In this document: one piece after another, positions 1 through 11,769 of the stretch
Layout: each line of letters starts with the position of its first letter
How positions within the stretch are numbered: the first letter of the stretch is position 1
DNA from: Catajapyx aquilonaris
Taxonomy: Eukaryota
Direction of reading: 5' to 3'
Assembly (NCBI GenBank): GCA_000934665.2
Contig: KZ538286.1
Coordinates: 1 to 64,000 of the forward strand
DNA length: 64,000 nucleotides
Notes under the pieces: model-generated
Seen by the model: only the letters and a program-made list of their open reading frames with translations
Told to the model about the DNA's origin: nothing
Database searches by the model: none
Position numbers and translations under genes: made by a program

Positions 1-526
1 ACAACGGCGTAAGTCCGACGTCTCTCCGACCTCGGGAAGTGGGAGATCTTTTCCATCCTATATCCTCCTCGGATTGGGGCTTTATATATATTAGATTAAT
101 TGAATCACAATAATATACAGGTTTTTTTTGCAATATTTTGGTGCGGGCGACATTTCCGGAAGTCTGCTGACAAATCCAGGTACAGTAGGTGAAGTGGCAG
201 GGTCTGAGTGAAGAGAGCTGTTGTTTGACTTGCCCGGCCCTTGGGGATCTTTTCCCCTTCATTCAACGCCCTAAACCCCTGGCTATAGAATAAATCGGGT
301 CCTTCTTACGCCAACACCGCCTTCACGACAACACAGCTGCTGCGGCTGCTAATTGTTATATCAAAAATCTGTCTCCTTCACACCGTTGCAGGTGTAATGT
401 TATTGTAGCGATTACGCGAATTTTAGTTAAGTAGGATATCATCTAGGATGTTTGCAAATAACACATTGAACCTGTCTTCGCGGTAGTTTTATCTAGTAGT
501 TTATCTTGATTTATGTCGAGCCTACA

Positions 527-580
527 GTACACTCTTAACCATTTACCCTCTCTAGAGAAGGTAAATGGTTAAGAGTGTAC
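527..580. mobile_element. Minimal palindromic non-autonomous DNA element (TA-flanked CACTCTTAA...TTAAGAGTG)
   Basis: Near-perfect 54-bp palindrome gtacactcttaaccatttacc...ggtaaatggttaagagtgtac with CAC...GTG termini flanked by TA. Superfamily not determinable. Confidence 0.6.
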
Positions 581-779
581 ACGACAGGTCATTCTTCCCG
601 ACTGAAGGTATAGGCTGTAAAGGTGACATTGGTCTTTGATAAATATAAGGAAATAAAGGATGTTCTTAGAAGGTAGCTTATCAAAGCAGGCGATAAGATA
701 TCAATTATCTAGCAGTAGAGGTTCACATGTCAGCAAAGAACCTTGTGGCATGTCTTGGTCAAGATCAAGAGTCACTAAC

Positions 780-2795
780 ATGGCGAAAGCTCCTACAATT
801 TTGGTTTTCGTTTGCCTTATTGGTAAGTGAGATTCACCCCCGTGGTCATACAAGTGAAATCCAAGTCAAATATCAATTTTTATGTTCAGAATTTGTAGTG
901 AAATGCAGTGGAATACTAGATCCTGTAAGTGCCAGGGCGGCTGTCAAAAACTGGATCAACCGTCCAGGTTCTGATGATGTGTATTGGTTCTATGACCTAC
1001 GTGCTTCCACCTGGGAAGGTGCAAAGACTTGGTGCCAAACTTATGGAGGAGAATTACTGGTCATCACATCTGAGGAAGAAAGGGTAACAATCATGCACAT
1101 TTGCAATTTTTGTGCATGTTTATTCATGGTGTGAAAATAATGTCAACAGAATTGGATAGCAGCTCAAGTCGCAAGGAAAGCTCCCAAAAGATGGTGGATA
1201 GGATTGGCAGACTGGGAGAGAGAGGCATATTTCAAATGGATCGACGGAAGTGAAGTTGATAAGGATATCACGTATGTCTAAGCTCTAGAGTAAATACTGA
1301 TGAATGATATCATTGTTGCGTAAGGTAACTGTCATGTACATTTCAGACCCTGGAATAAGGGTGAACCCAACAATGGCGGCGATAGGTGCGGTGAATATTG
1401 CGTTAATAATGAGGCATTTTCAGACCAGAACTGTAACAAATTGAGGTGTTATATCTGCCGAGATGGTAAGCACTGTTGAATATTATGAACAGAACACTAA
1501 CTGTTAGATATTTTTTTTGTACAAAGTTGCTTTTTAAAACTAATATTTCTAACTGCTATACGGACATTTCAGCTAGTTTGAACACACATGTAATATTGTC
1601 TTTCAAAAACAGATTCAGCAACTTCATCGCCCAAAGTTTATACATCCCCCACGATATGGAACAATGCATATTTATCATGCATAGAGAATGGTGAGATGCA
1701 ACTTTTTTGGGTTCGCAACAATCAAGACATGGTAAGAATGTACTTCCTTTCCAGCAATATATAATTTCCGCTTATAACACTATATTTATTTGCATTTGAA
1801 GGAACTTCTGAAAAAAGCTACACAGAATGTGGAGGGTTGCAAAACCTTTTGGGTAGGGTTAAAAAATACGGGCACAAGAACATGGAAGTGGTCCAAGTTA
1901 CAAGAACTAATGGACACTGAAATTACGTACGTATTTAATTCATGCAGAAGAGTACTGATGTCGTAAGCTATAGACTACATTGTTGACAGTTACTGTCCCC
2001 ATCGTGATGTCAGTACTTTTCTGTACTGCGTACATTCTATGCACTTTTCTATTCTGTATATAGACCTTGGGTCGAAGGTGATCCTGAAAACATATCCGAA
2101 GAAGACTGCGTTGTTATCAAAAAGAACGGATATCTCAACGACTACTCCTGTTTCAAAGAGGCTCCATACATTTGCAAAAGGAGTGGACTAGTCTCAACAG
2201 GTTGGATCTGTATAATTATGTGCACAAAGAACAGAATTTTGTTGCCCGTACAAAAATGTTTCTGGATGTCGACGTAATCACACATATGTGTAAAACAGTG
2301 CCGTTTTTTTCAGATGGAATTGCTTATGATGCTTCTGCTAGACCTGGTGATACCAATTCTATGAGAATAACAGTGGAATTACCACCTCAAGGAACGCAAA
2401 TCGTTGTGACACCAGTGCAGGAAAGCGCTAAAAATGGCGGCGATAAATCATCCGAAGAAGTGTTAGAGGGAAAAACTAATAGCGTGTCGAGCAATTCGAC
2501 AGTGGTTATTGGTGGTAGTCTTGCAGTGGTTTTCTTCTTGGTTACAATAGCTGCTGCGGTACGCATCACATTTTTGCGTGAATAACGATACTTTTTATTA
2601 TTTTTCAATGTTTAAAGCATGTTTTTACCACCATGACAGGTGTACAGATGCACAAGAAAGGAGCGAACAACTACCAGTGCAACTAGTAGGGTCCATCCAA
2701 CTCCCCCTGACCGTCCACTCCTATCACGAAATTCAACTGACTCGTCGATCCAGCCTGAAGATGATCCAAAGGAACCAGTCAAGAGCAACAAATAG
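780..2795 (+). CDS. Type I transmembrane C-type lectin with two CTLDs (about 9 exons)
   Basis: Spliced reading: signal peptide MAKAPTILVFVCLI|EFVVKC; CTLD1 TWEGAKTWC...WWIGL...PWNKGEPNN...CYIC; CTLD2 IWNNAYLSC...FWVGL...WKW...PWVEGDPEN...DCV...LNDYSC...YIC; TM segment VVIGGSLAVVFFLVTIAAAVY; cytoplasmic tail ending at TAG 2793-2795. GT-AG phases are consistent throughout. Confidence 0.88.
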
Positions 2796-4088
2796 TAGTT
2801 ACGCGTTTGATGCTACTGCAATTTTGTACAATATTATCTATATTATGTTTGCCAGCTAGCTTTAAGAATTCTCCAAATTGTGCGAATTATCTGTCAAATT
2901 ATATTTTAAAATTAATTGTGTTTATGCTGTATAACATTTTTCATATTTTAATTGCTGTACTGCCTTGTTTGTAGATGCGCTTTGAAATAAATTGGTTTAA
3001 GAAACAATGTTTTCTATAGACAACATGCCGGATATACGCTCGTTGTTGTTAAGTAGTGCTTGTTAAGGTCTACAAATAACCAGAAATTTGTTGATATAAC
3101 ATATAGGCCTACTACGCAGAACCAGGCTTTGTCAGTGGTATTGTTAGCGGTTAGCTTTTGATCTTCTTTGACTCACTCCGGATAATAATTCAAGTCCAAT
3201 ACGTAATTACTAACCTACCACAAAGCTGTACCATATATAGGCCTGCTCCAGAAGGTTTCTATCTTTGTACTGCGGTCAAACACCGAGAATCCCAGAAAAA
3301 AACCTCCATGTGTCCAACGGTTTCTACCTACATCCCAGCCTGTCCATTTTTGAACCAACAATAACCCCAAAGCTTAGGGTCACTCTAAAGTTGGCGGTTT
3401 GCATTCCACCAAATGGGTCTGACCATCCCATCCCCCCCTCTGCTCTGTCCATTCTCCATTCCCCTTCTGACCTCCAGGAAGTGAAAGCTGCCTTCTTTTC
3501 TCCTCTTCTCCACGTATATTATAAGTAGCCCTCAAACACCCCCTACCCATGCCCAGTGGGTCACCTGGTGCTGAGGTGAGGGTGGGGGACACTGGGGGAA
3601 GAGGGATAAGTGCAGCCTGTGGTTGTTGGAAAAAAGCATTTTCGAAAAATATTTTATCACTGTGCTTCTTGTCGGAAAATGTCGTTCGTACGTTTCGTTT
3701 CGTTTCGTTTTATTCGTCTTATGTCCCCTTTAGGGAAACCAGCAGCAATGTCCATTTGTGATTCGTTTGTGGTATGGAGGTGCGCGGGGACTGAGGGAAG
3801 GGCAGGCGGACGACGCATGGAAGGGCAGGGCGGCCTGTTGTTCCCCATCGACGGAGGAGAGGAGGACCAGTATCTTTTCGGACCAGACGTCGTCGTGGCA
3901 CGCCCACCACCAGACGCTCTTTCACCCGGCTCCTTTCTCTCTCGAATTCACGTGCGTTTCTATTGTGAAGGAGGCCTGCACTATTCATACCCCCCTCCCC
4001 TGTCACCCCCCACCCAACTATTCCCTCCCTCTTCCCCCCCCCCCTTGCCCCGCCTTACCCCACCCTACCGAAATAAGTGCTCCCAAGG

Positions 4089-7000
4089 ATGACCGAGCAG
4101 AACAACGAAGAAGGGGTCTTGGAGCCGGTGCAGCAGAACGGTAAGGTGCAAGGAACTTTGAGGAATTAACATGTCACATGGTGTCGTGTTGAATGCGATT
4201 TAAATCAGATTGTCAAATTTTTTTTATCGAAGTTTCGTGTGTGTGGTTGTCGACTTGTTGCAGTGGCTTTTAGACACTGGTTCATCTAAGCACATGGATT
4301 CAGCATCGGACTTGACTTTTTCGGAGGGAAGTCGGGCCATTATCCAACCGCGACCACAGTCAATGCTGAAAAAGACAGGTCCGATGTGGTGCAGCGTAAA
4401 TTTACCAGGACATCTCCAGGAAGCAACACTGGAGGAATATATGTCTTTTCTTGAATTACTTGCAGTGGTGGCTTGTATGCGGTGTATATGTAAAAGTGTG
4501 GTAAGGTGGAGGAAGGTTTACTTAGAGCAGTTTTGGGGAATTAGAGGAACAGACAATTTCTGATATTTTCTCCCCGTCTTAAAAATGCTGGAAGGTTCAC
4601 TCTACGTCAACGGACCGGACAATACCGATGGCTCTACTCAACTGAAACTACTGTGTACTGGTTGGTTGCAACTATTAAGTTTCGAGTCTTCCTTTTTTTG
4701 GGAATTATACACCAATATTAACATCGAGCTTATATTAACGAGGCTCTCTGTACAGTCCAACAGGCCTGTTTGACAATCTTTTGCGAAACAGTTGATTGGA
4801 AGTACAGTATACAGTCACGGCCTTTCTTCCAATATATTGACATCACGAACTGCAACATATTTGTTGCATCTGGGTTCGACATATTGTGTAGCCAAGTTTC
4901 TCATATGGCATTGACCCATCATTTTGGGATTAGGTACAAAATGATGGTTGTTCAGGTAGGTGTTGTAATAAGTACCCGCGGTACTATTGCGACGGCCTCT
5001 GGAGGCTCTAATGTAAAATCCCTAAAATAATTTATTTGCGTATAGGTTGATGAAGTGTTTGTATTTCTGGAGCATTATTTGTTATGAAAATGTGAAATTG
5101 GCTCTTTGTATTGCACAATGCACAGTACAGTCATTAACCACACAAGTAAGATGTCAGGTCTTCCAAATAAATTAGTTACTCGTGTCGACATTTGTTTTAG
5201 AGAATATTATAATTTAAATATAATTTACTAGAAACAATCTCTGTCATATTCTCGCAACATTAACTATACGGCCCACCATATACGTGCCCGCCACCGAACA
5301 CAACACAAACGAATAAACTCAACGGAGATGAACAACATGCCAATATTTTAAATGCTGCATATTGATACAACGGGACCATCGTCTATGTGCCACCAAAATT
5401 TAATTTCTATCATTTAAAAAGTGATTTTTAAAATCATTAAACCACTAAGAGCCCTTGCTTATATAGAAACATCTTGTGTAGTATCCTCTTAAGTTGTGTG
5501 ATGTTTGCGCATGGATTTTCAATAAATCTACCTGCCTTAAAAATATACTGTATAATACTTAGCACACGTTTTCATAAGTTGACATTTTCATTTAGAAAAT
5601 CTACACAAAATTTGTATTTGAGTTACTCGAGTTATTTCGAGTTGAAAAATTGCCGTATACTTTTGTTTAGCCCAGCACGTTGTATAGCTAATATAAAGGA
5701 AAACAATTGCAAATAATATAGTTAATTACATCCTGTTATCCGAATGTAAACATGTAATGGTCACTTCAAATAATTTTGGTTATACATACAGTGAAATCAA
5801 CGAATGACCGCAGTATATGGATAATATTCGTAATCGTCTTGCATGAATGAGAAATATTCGGGAGTAATAGTATCCGTCAAGTTCTCCGGAGAAAGTGTGT
5901 TATTATCGGAATTTGTCGCTTATAATAACAACTTGAAAGAAACTGTGGGCGTGCGTAGGAGTAATTCCAAGATACCCTGTTGCTCGATCCTATTAGCCCA
6001 CCTGCCCTTCTCGTAAACAATAGTAACTTACTCTCTGATCCATGTGGCCCCTTCCCACACCAAATATGGGTCAAACAAAATCTGCTATTGTTCCAAATTG
6101 TAATTAATTAATTAATCAGTAATTTGCAAATGAGCAAGCAAAATTGGTTTGTTCACAAAACTGTTAATATTGGAGTGCCATATTTTTTCTGTCATGTCTT
6201 GCCATACAGTTAACATGTGTGGTGGAGGACTGTCCTTTCACCGGCCATTTCAATATGGCTGAAATCTTTGGGCCTCGTTTTCTATCTCTCCCTCCTCACA
6301 TCAGCAACAGGCCCAAGCCCCGATCGATCATCTTTTTCCTTCGTTTCCTGAATGTGGCTGGTGGGGGAAGGAGGGGGGAATGGGAGGGGGAGAGAGTGAT
6401 GGGGGTGGGAAGTGTCTCCCCGAATCTGGACTCACCCAAAATGTCCGCTGGGAAGGCGGTGTGAAATTTTATTTATTTATTTCTTTTTTCATGTCTATTC
6501 CATCTCTGTTAGCACATTTGTAAGCCAATATGTGATTTTTAATAATTTTGAAATTTGGAGGAATTATTTCAACAACTAAATGTGGAGATATTCGACATCT
6601 TCGCATTTTAAATTCATATTTTAATTCCAGGGCTAATACTAATATTAGCCTAAATAACTGCTATTATCAGAATTAATTTGAGTGATTTTTACTATTTCCA
6701 CACTTGATAATAGTATAGTCTATCCACTTTCTTTGGTCTATTCAATCAATAAGTTACTCAATTTTAAATTATTAAAATTAATATATTGATATTCTTCTTA
6801 TGTAATTATACTACAGCATTATAGCATAATACTATGATTATATAAGTGTGTTATATTAAATGCCCCTAAGCTAAAAGGGCTCTGTTCCCTCTAATGGGAT
6901 AAAGCTAAAAATAAAAATAAAAATAAATTATAATAAATGGATATTATATATTTTCCTTCCTAGTGAATATGGAAATTTTATTTTAATCCAATTTTATTTG

Positions 7001-10000
7001 AATATACTGTAGATAAATTATTTTTCTATCTATTATACCAAAATATCCATGCCAATATTGAACCTTAATATTACTGATTCATAAAGCGACATTTTCACTA
7101 AAAAAATTTGACAAATTTGACAACAAACTACTGAAAACAGATATGAAGTTCAGATAAAATCACCCCTACTTCATCACAAAAAAATAGGACCGGTTTTATC
7201 CTATCAGGTAACCCTAATATTTGTTAAGGTGCAAATTGCCTCAGGCCAACTTATTCTTTTGTGACATGTGACACTTGTTAGCAACACCGACCGGAAAAAA
7301 ACGCCCGTAAAATCAGGTTTCGCTTTCATTTACTTCCCCTATAGCAAAAGATTGCCTTTTGCCACGTTTAGGGTGAGGATTTCCAAAAAAAAAAAAAAAA
7401 AAAAAGTTGGTAAAAAATGAAAAAAAAAGACTAGGGGGGAAAGAGCTATTTTCAATAAGGTGAAGGGGCTGAGAAAGTTTAGGTGGGAAACCAATGGGCT
7501 ACTTGATTGAAGAGGACACGGGGGTTAAGTTACACGTGTAAAATTACCTTCTAGTGAAAAAGCGAAGCGTGACGTGAAGCGGTTCTTTTCTTCTATTTTT
7601 TTTTCTTCTCAAAAAAAAAGGTCGCGCGTGAAAACTGGGGAGGATGGAAGGTTTTTTTGAGACGAAAAAAAATGTTTTCAAAAGGAAGTAGGGGGAAATA
7701 TTGAGTTTATTAGAGCTACCGTTCAGGGGTGATCTATTGTGTATTTTTTGACACCTATTTTACCGTCCACAACTCAATTGGGGTTTAATTCGCAATAATT
7801 TTGTGCCGATAAGAACTAAAATTAATGAGTAAAATTATGTCTGGCTATGTATTTTTTTGAATACCTGAACATAATCTGATTTTACTTAATTTCCCGGCCA
7901 TTAGCAAGTAGAACAAATAACTATTTTATTTAAAAAATGGAAGGATAAATTTTCGCTAAAATATAAGCAATAAATTTTTCACCTATTCAGTGAAAATGTT
8001 AAGTATTATGGGCCGAATTCAGAGAGGTTGCTTAACGTAAACGCGCCCGATTAAATCCTTTAGTCATCCTCGATTAGCAAATTTAAAAGTGCTAGCAAGT
8101 GCGATTAGGGGGCGTTTAGCGCTAATCGCCGTCTTTGTATTAGCAGGTTGATTAAATTTGCTAATCGAGGCTGACTAAAGGATTTAATCGGGCGCGCTTA
8201 CGTTAAGCAACCTCTCTGAATTCGGCCCTATGTCTTTCATCATGCTTAACATTTTCACTGAATAGATGAAAAATTTCTTGCTTATATTTATAACGAAAAT
8301 TTATTCTTCCATTTAAAAAAATATGAGCTGGGATTTTTCACTCACAAATCACAATAAGTGAAAATTGCTATTTTATATATTTTTTAAATAATATATTAAA
8401 ACGCCCCAGGATGCATCGGCATAATTATTATTATTCACTGAATAGGTAAAATATTTCTTGCTTAAATATTTTGGTGGAAATTTATTCTTCCATTGTAAAA
8501 AAAAGAGCTGGAATTTTCCACTCACAATATGTAAAAATTACTATTTTTATATATATTTTAAGTAATATATGAAAACGACCGAGGATGCATCGCCATAATT
8601 ATTATTATTACTCACTGAATAAGTGAAATATTTCTTGCTTATATTTTAGCGGAAATTTATTCTTCCATTTCTTAAAAAGGAGGTGGCATTTTCCACTCAC
8701 AATAAGTGGAAATTATTAACTTTTTATATATTTTTGAAATAATTTATGAAAACGCTCCAGGATGCATTGCCGGGGGGGGGGGGGNNNNNNNNNNNNNNNN
8801 NNNNNNNNNNNNNNNNNNNNNNNNNNNNNNNNNNNNNNNNNNNNNNNNNNNNNNNNNNNNNNNNNNNNNNNNNNNNNNNNNNNNNNNNNNNNNNNNNNNN
8901 NNNNNNNNNNNNNNNNNNNNNNNNNNNNNNNNNNNNNNNNNNNNNNNNNNNGGGGGGGGGTCCACATTTGGTAGATATTGATTTCTTGTTACGTCACCAG
9001 AATACATCCGGGATTTTGGCTCTCACTTGCAGAATGGCGTCCAATGGCCTCCCATTTATGACGAAGTTGAGAGCCCGATCGAAATAGGGGGCGGGGTATG
9101 GCAAGCCAAAGGGAATCACTGAGAGAAAGAGAAAGACTATGGCCCTCAATGTCCTGTAGCAAGCCTGTAGCAACTTTCCCCTCTTTTGGCTTACAGTCCG
9201 ACCGGGTCTATAAATGAGCCCGGAAATATCATTGCCGATTATATCAGGCTGCCCTGATTTGCATATAGTGTACCCGGTAACAAAATAATTCATTTCTTTT
9301 CGAGTTATTTTTTTCCATAATATTTTGTAGCAGTGTTGCCAGCTGCATTTCCCCCTCCATTTGAATCCCACCATCTCGCAGTGATCTTCCTAGCAAATGG
9401 CCGCAAGCTGCATCATCTCCTGTCCACTCAGATGAATCGCAATGGCTGCTTCCAAGCTCGTGTCAGAGCAGACCTGATTTGCATATGAAGGCTCCTTGTT
9501 GGCCCTCCCGTGGAGGCGGATCGGACCGGTCACGTGGGGATAATCCACAAATGGTGGGACCCCATCCATTTTCCGCAAAAGCCGGCTGGAGATGGAGGGA
9601 ATGGTGTTGATGTGGGGAGGAGGATATACCACCTGGCTATAAGGATAGGCCTGACCTATCCTTTGGGGTAGGCCTATCCAGAATTATATTTTTGTTACAC
9701 TCCATTTGAGCATGCAAATCAAACTGGGAAAAGGTAGCTTGATGTTAATCGCGGCAATGGTTCCAGATGGTCCACAATTTCTTTTGTGTTACAAACATCT
9801 GCCAAAATAATTCGTACAATTTCGCTTCCCAAATATTTGACTTGTTCTTCAGCTTGTGGTGCGACCTCCACATTTTTTTTGTTCCATTTTTTTTGGGGTG
9901 GTGCCCTTCTTTGGGCACATTCCCTTTCCGGCCTCCTTGCACCCCTCTCCCCAAAAAAATACCCCTAAGGAAGGAGTGAGAAAAATGCGGAGGGTGAGTC

Positions 10001-11769
10001 GAGGATAGCAGGTTCCTAGAAAAAGGTGGGCTTGGAAGGAACAGAAAAAGGACCACCAGAAGGCGAAAATGTGGCGCCAAACCTGGCCAAAGGTGACAAT
10101 AGACAAAAGAAACACTTAAGTGCAGGTGTTAGTGGATGCTGTGTTAGTGATGGAACAACCAGAGGCTGCAGGTATGTGTACTGTGGACCAACCCAGTAAC
10201 ATTCCTCTAGATTTCGTGTTGTCAAATATCTTTATTGATGATTTGGTTCTTCGGGAGTCATCAGTAGGCGATACAAGACGTACAGTGAGATTGAAAGTAC
10301 AATGATGGCCAGCATGAGCATTTTTTGGGTGCGATTGGACATGTAGTTGAACTCGCTCACTTGAGTCTCCACGTGTTGTACCATGCGATCCATCCAGTAT
10401 TTCTGGCGAGGTGTGGGTGCCTTTTGGATAGATAGGGTGCTGTGTGTGTATGGCACCGTCACTGCAGGTTTGTCGTGGCAACACTGGAATTAACAGCACC
10501 ATTAAAATGGTCCACTCTAGCCATTAGGACAAGGTTCGAGTATACCGTACCGGCACTATCTGTGTATCAGTCGAGCTACAGTCCATCTTCCTGCAGAGGT
10601 ATGGCAGACAACTTGGATTCACATCCGGAGGGACGTTTTCAACCCAAGTGTCCCACTCCCCATAGTTGGTCGGTTCTTGGCCGTTCCAGTTGTCCGATTT
10701 CTGTGTGGGACACACATGTAAATGTGGGAAATGACGTAACGTGTTAGGACATACCACTCGTACGGGGCAGCAGCACTTGCAGCATGTTCGACGGGCATGT
10801 GCTGCACTTAGGAGAACCAGAATTACGAGCACCGCCTTCATTCCCAGTAATGAAACATCGATGTATAAGACCGGTAGTCGTTGAACCTCACTAAAAAATT
10901 TAGCGCCGAATAAAATGTCCGAGCACAATATATGTAGTGGACGTTCCCTGCATCGGAAGTTGTATAATATTGTTGGACTTGTCACGATGGAGATGTCTGT
11001 CGCGGTTTACAAGGTTACGACACTTGTGTATTTACAGGAGGATCCGGATGCACCGTGACAGCCAAACGTAAAGGGCGATGCAAATGGTTCAACGTGGCCA
11101 AAGGATGGGGCTTCATCACTCCAGTGGACAGTGGTCAGGATGTGTTTGTCCACCAGAGTGTCATACAGATGGCGGGTTTCAGGAGCCTCGGAGACGACGA
11201 GCTGGTCGAGTTCGAGTGCCAGGAGTCTGATAAGGGTCTGGAGGCCACCTTTGTGACAGGTCCAGATGGGGTAGACTGCAAGGGCAGCCACCGTCGACCT
11301 GTGACCAAGAAGAGGTTCAGGAAGATCAGGTGAGAGTGTTGTTGTCTCTGTCGATAGGGTTTTGTTGTCTGAAGAACCGCCCACCCCTCACACCTTACCA
11401 TGTTCCACAATCCTCAAAAGTCTTGAACACACTGAAATCGGCAGGTGTTACAACTGCGGTGAGTTTGCCAACCACATCGCGGCCAAATGCAACATGGGTC
11501 CCCAGCCGAAGAGGTGCCACCACTGCAAGGCTGAGGACCACCTGATCGCAGAGTGTCCTCTTCGGCCGCCCAAGAGGAGGGACCGATCTGAGGAGATTTC
11601 AACACCAGTATCACCCAATATGGTACAGCGGGTGTTTCCGGACAACCTGGTGATGCCAGTGGCCAGGCGGTCCAAGAATGGCCAAGAACAGCCGGATGGC
11701 ATCACCTGCAGAAGCGGTTCGCAACACACCATCTCTGCAGCTGGAATGGAAAGCAAGGGCGAGGTGTAA
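4089..11769 (+). CDS. lin-28: Lin-28 RNA-binding protein (cold-shock domain plus two CCHC zinc knuckles)
   Basis: Exon 11038-11329 encodes the CSD (GRCKWFNVAKGWGF...DVFVHQS...GFRSL); the exon from about 11445 encodes CYNCGEFANHIAAKC and CHHCKAEDHLIAEC, with stop TAA 11767-11769. Proposed first coding exon 4089-4140 (MTEQNNEEGVLEPVQQN, phase-1 donor gtaagg) joins the phase-1 acceptor at 11037 in frame. The first exon is less certain than the core. Confidence 0.93.
8010..8228. mobile_element. PIF/Harbinger (Tourist)-like MITE
   Basis: About 75-bp TIRs gggccgaattcagagaggttgcttaacg... / ...cgttaagcaacctctctgaattcggccc, with a 3-bp TAT direct repeat on both sides. Confidence 0.8.
8254..8771. repeat. 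About 180-bp AT-rich tandem repeat (3 copies, running into the assembly gap)
   Basis: The unit tcactgaatag...tttcttgctta...tttattcttccatt...cactcaca...ggatgcatc recurs at about 8254, 8436 and 8613. An inverted partial copy lies at about 7931-8005. Confidence 0.85.
8785..8951. other. Assembly gap flanked by poly-G
   Basis: Run of N characters. Confidence 0.99.

Noticed and set aside
8706..9087. ORFs spanning the N gap
   Set aside because: Artefacts of the gap and poly-G.
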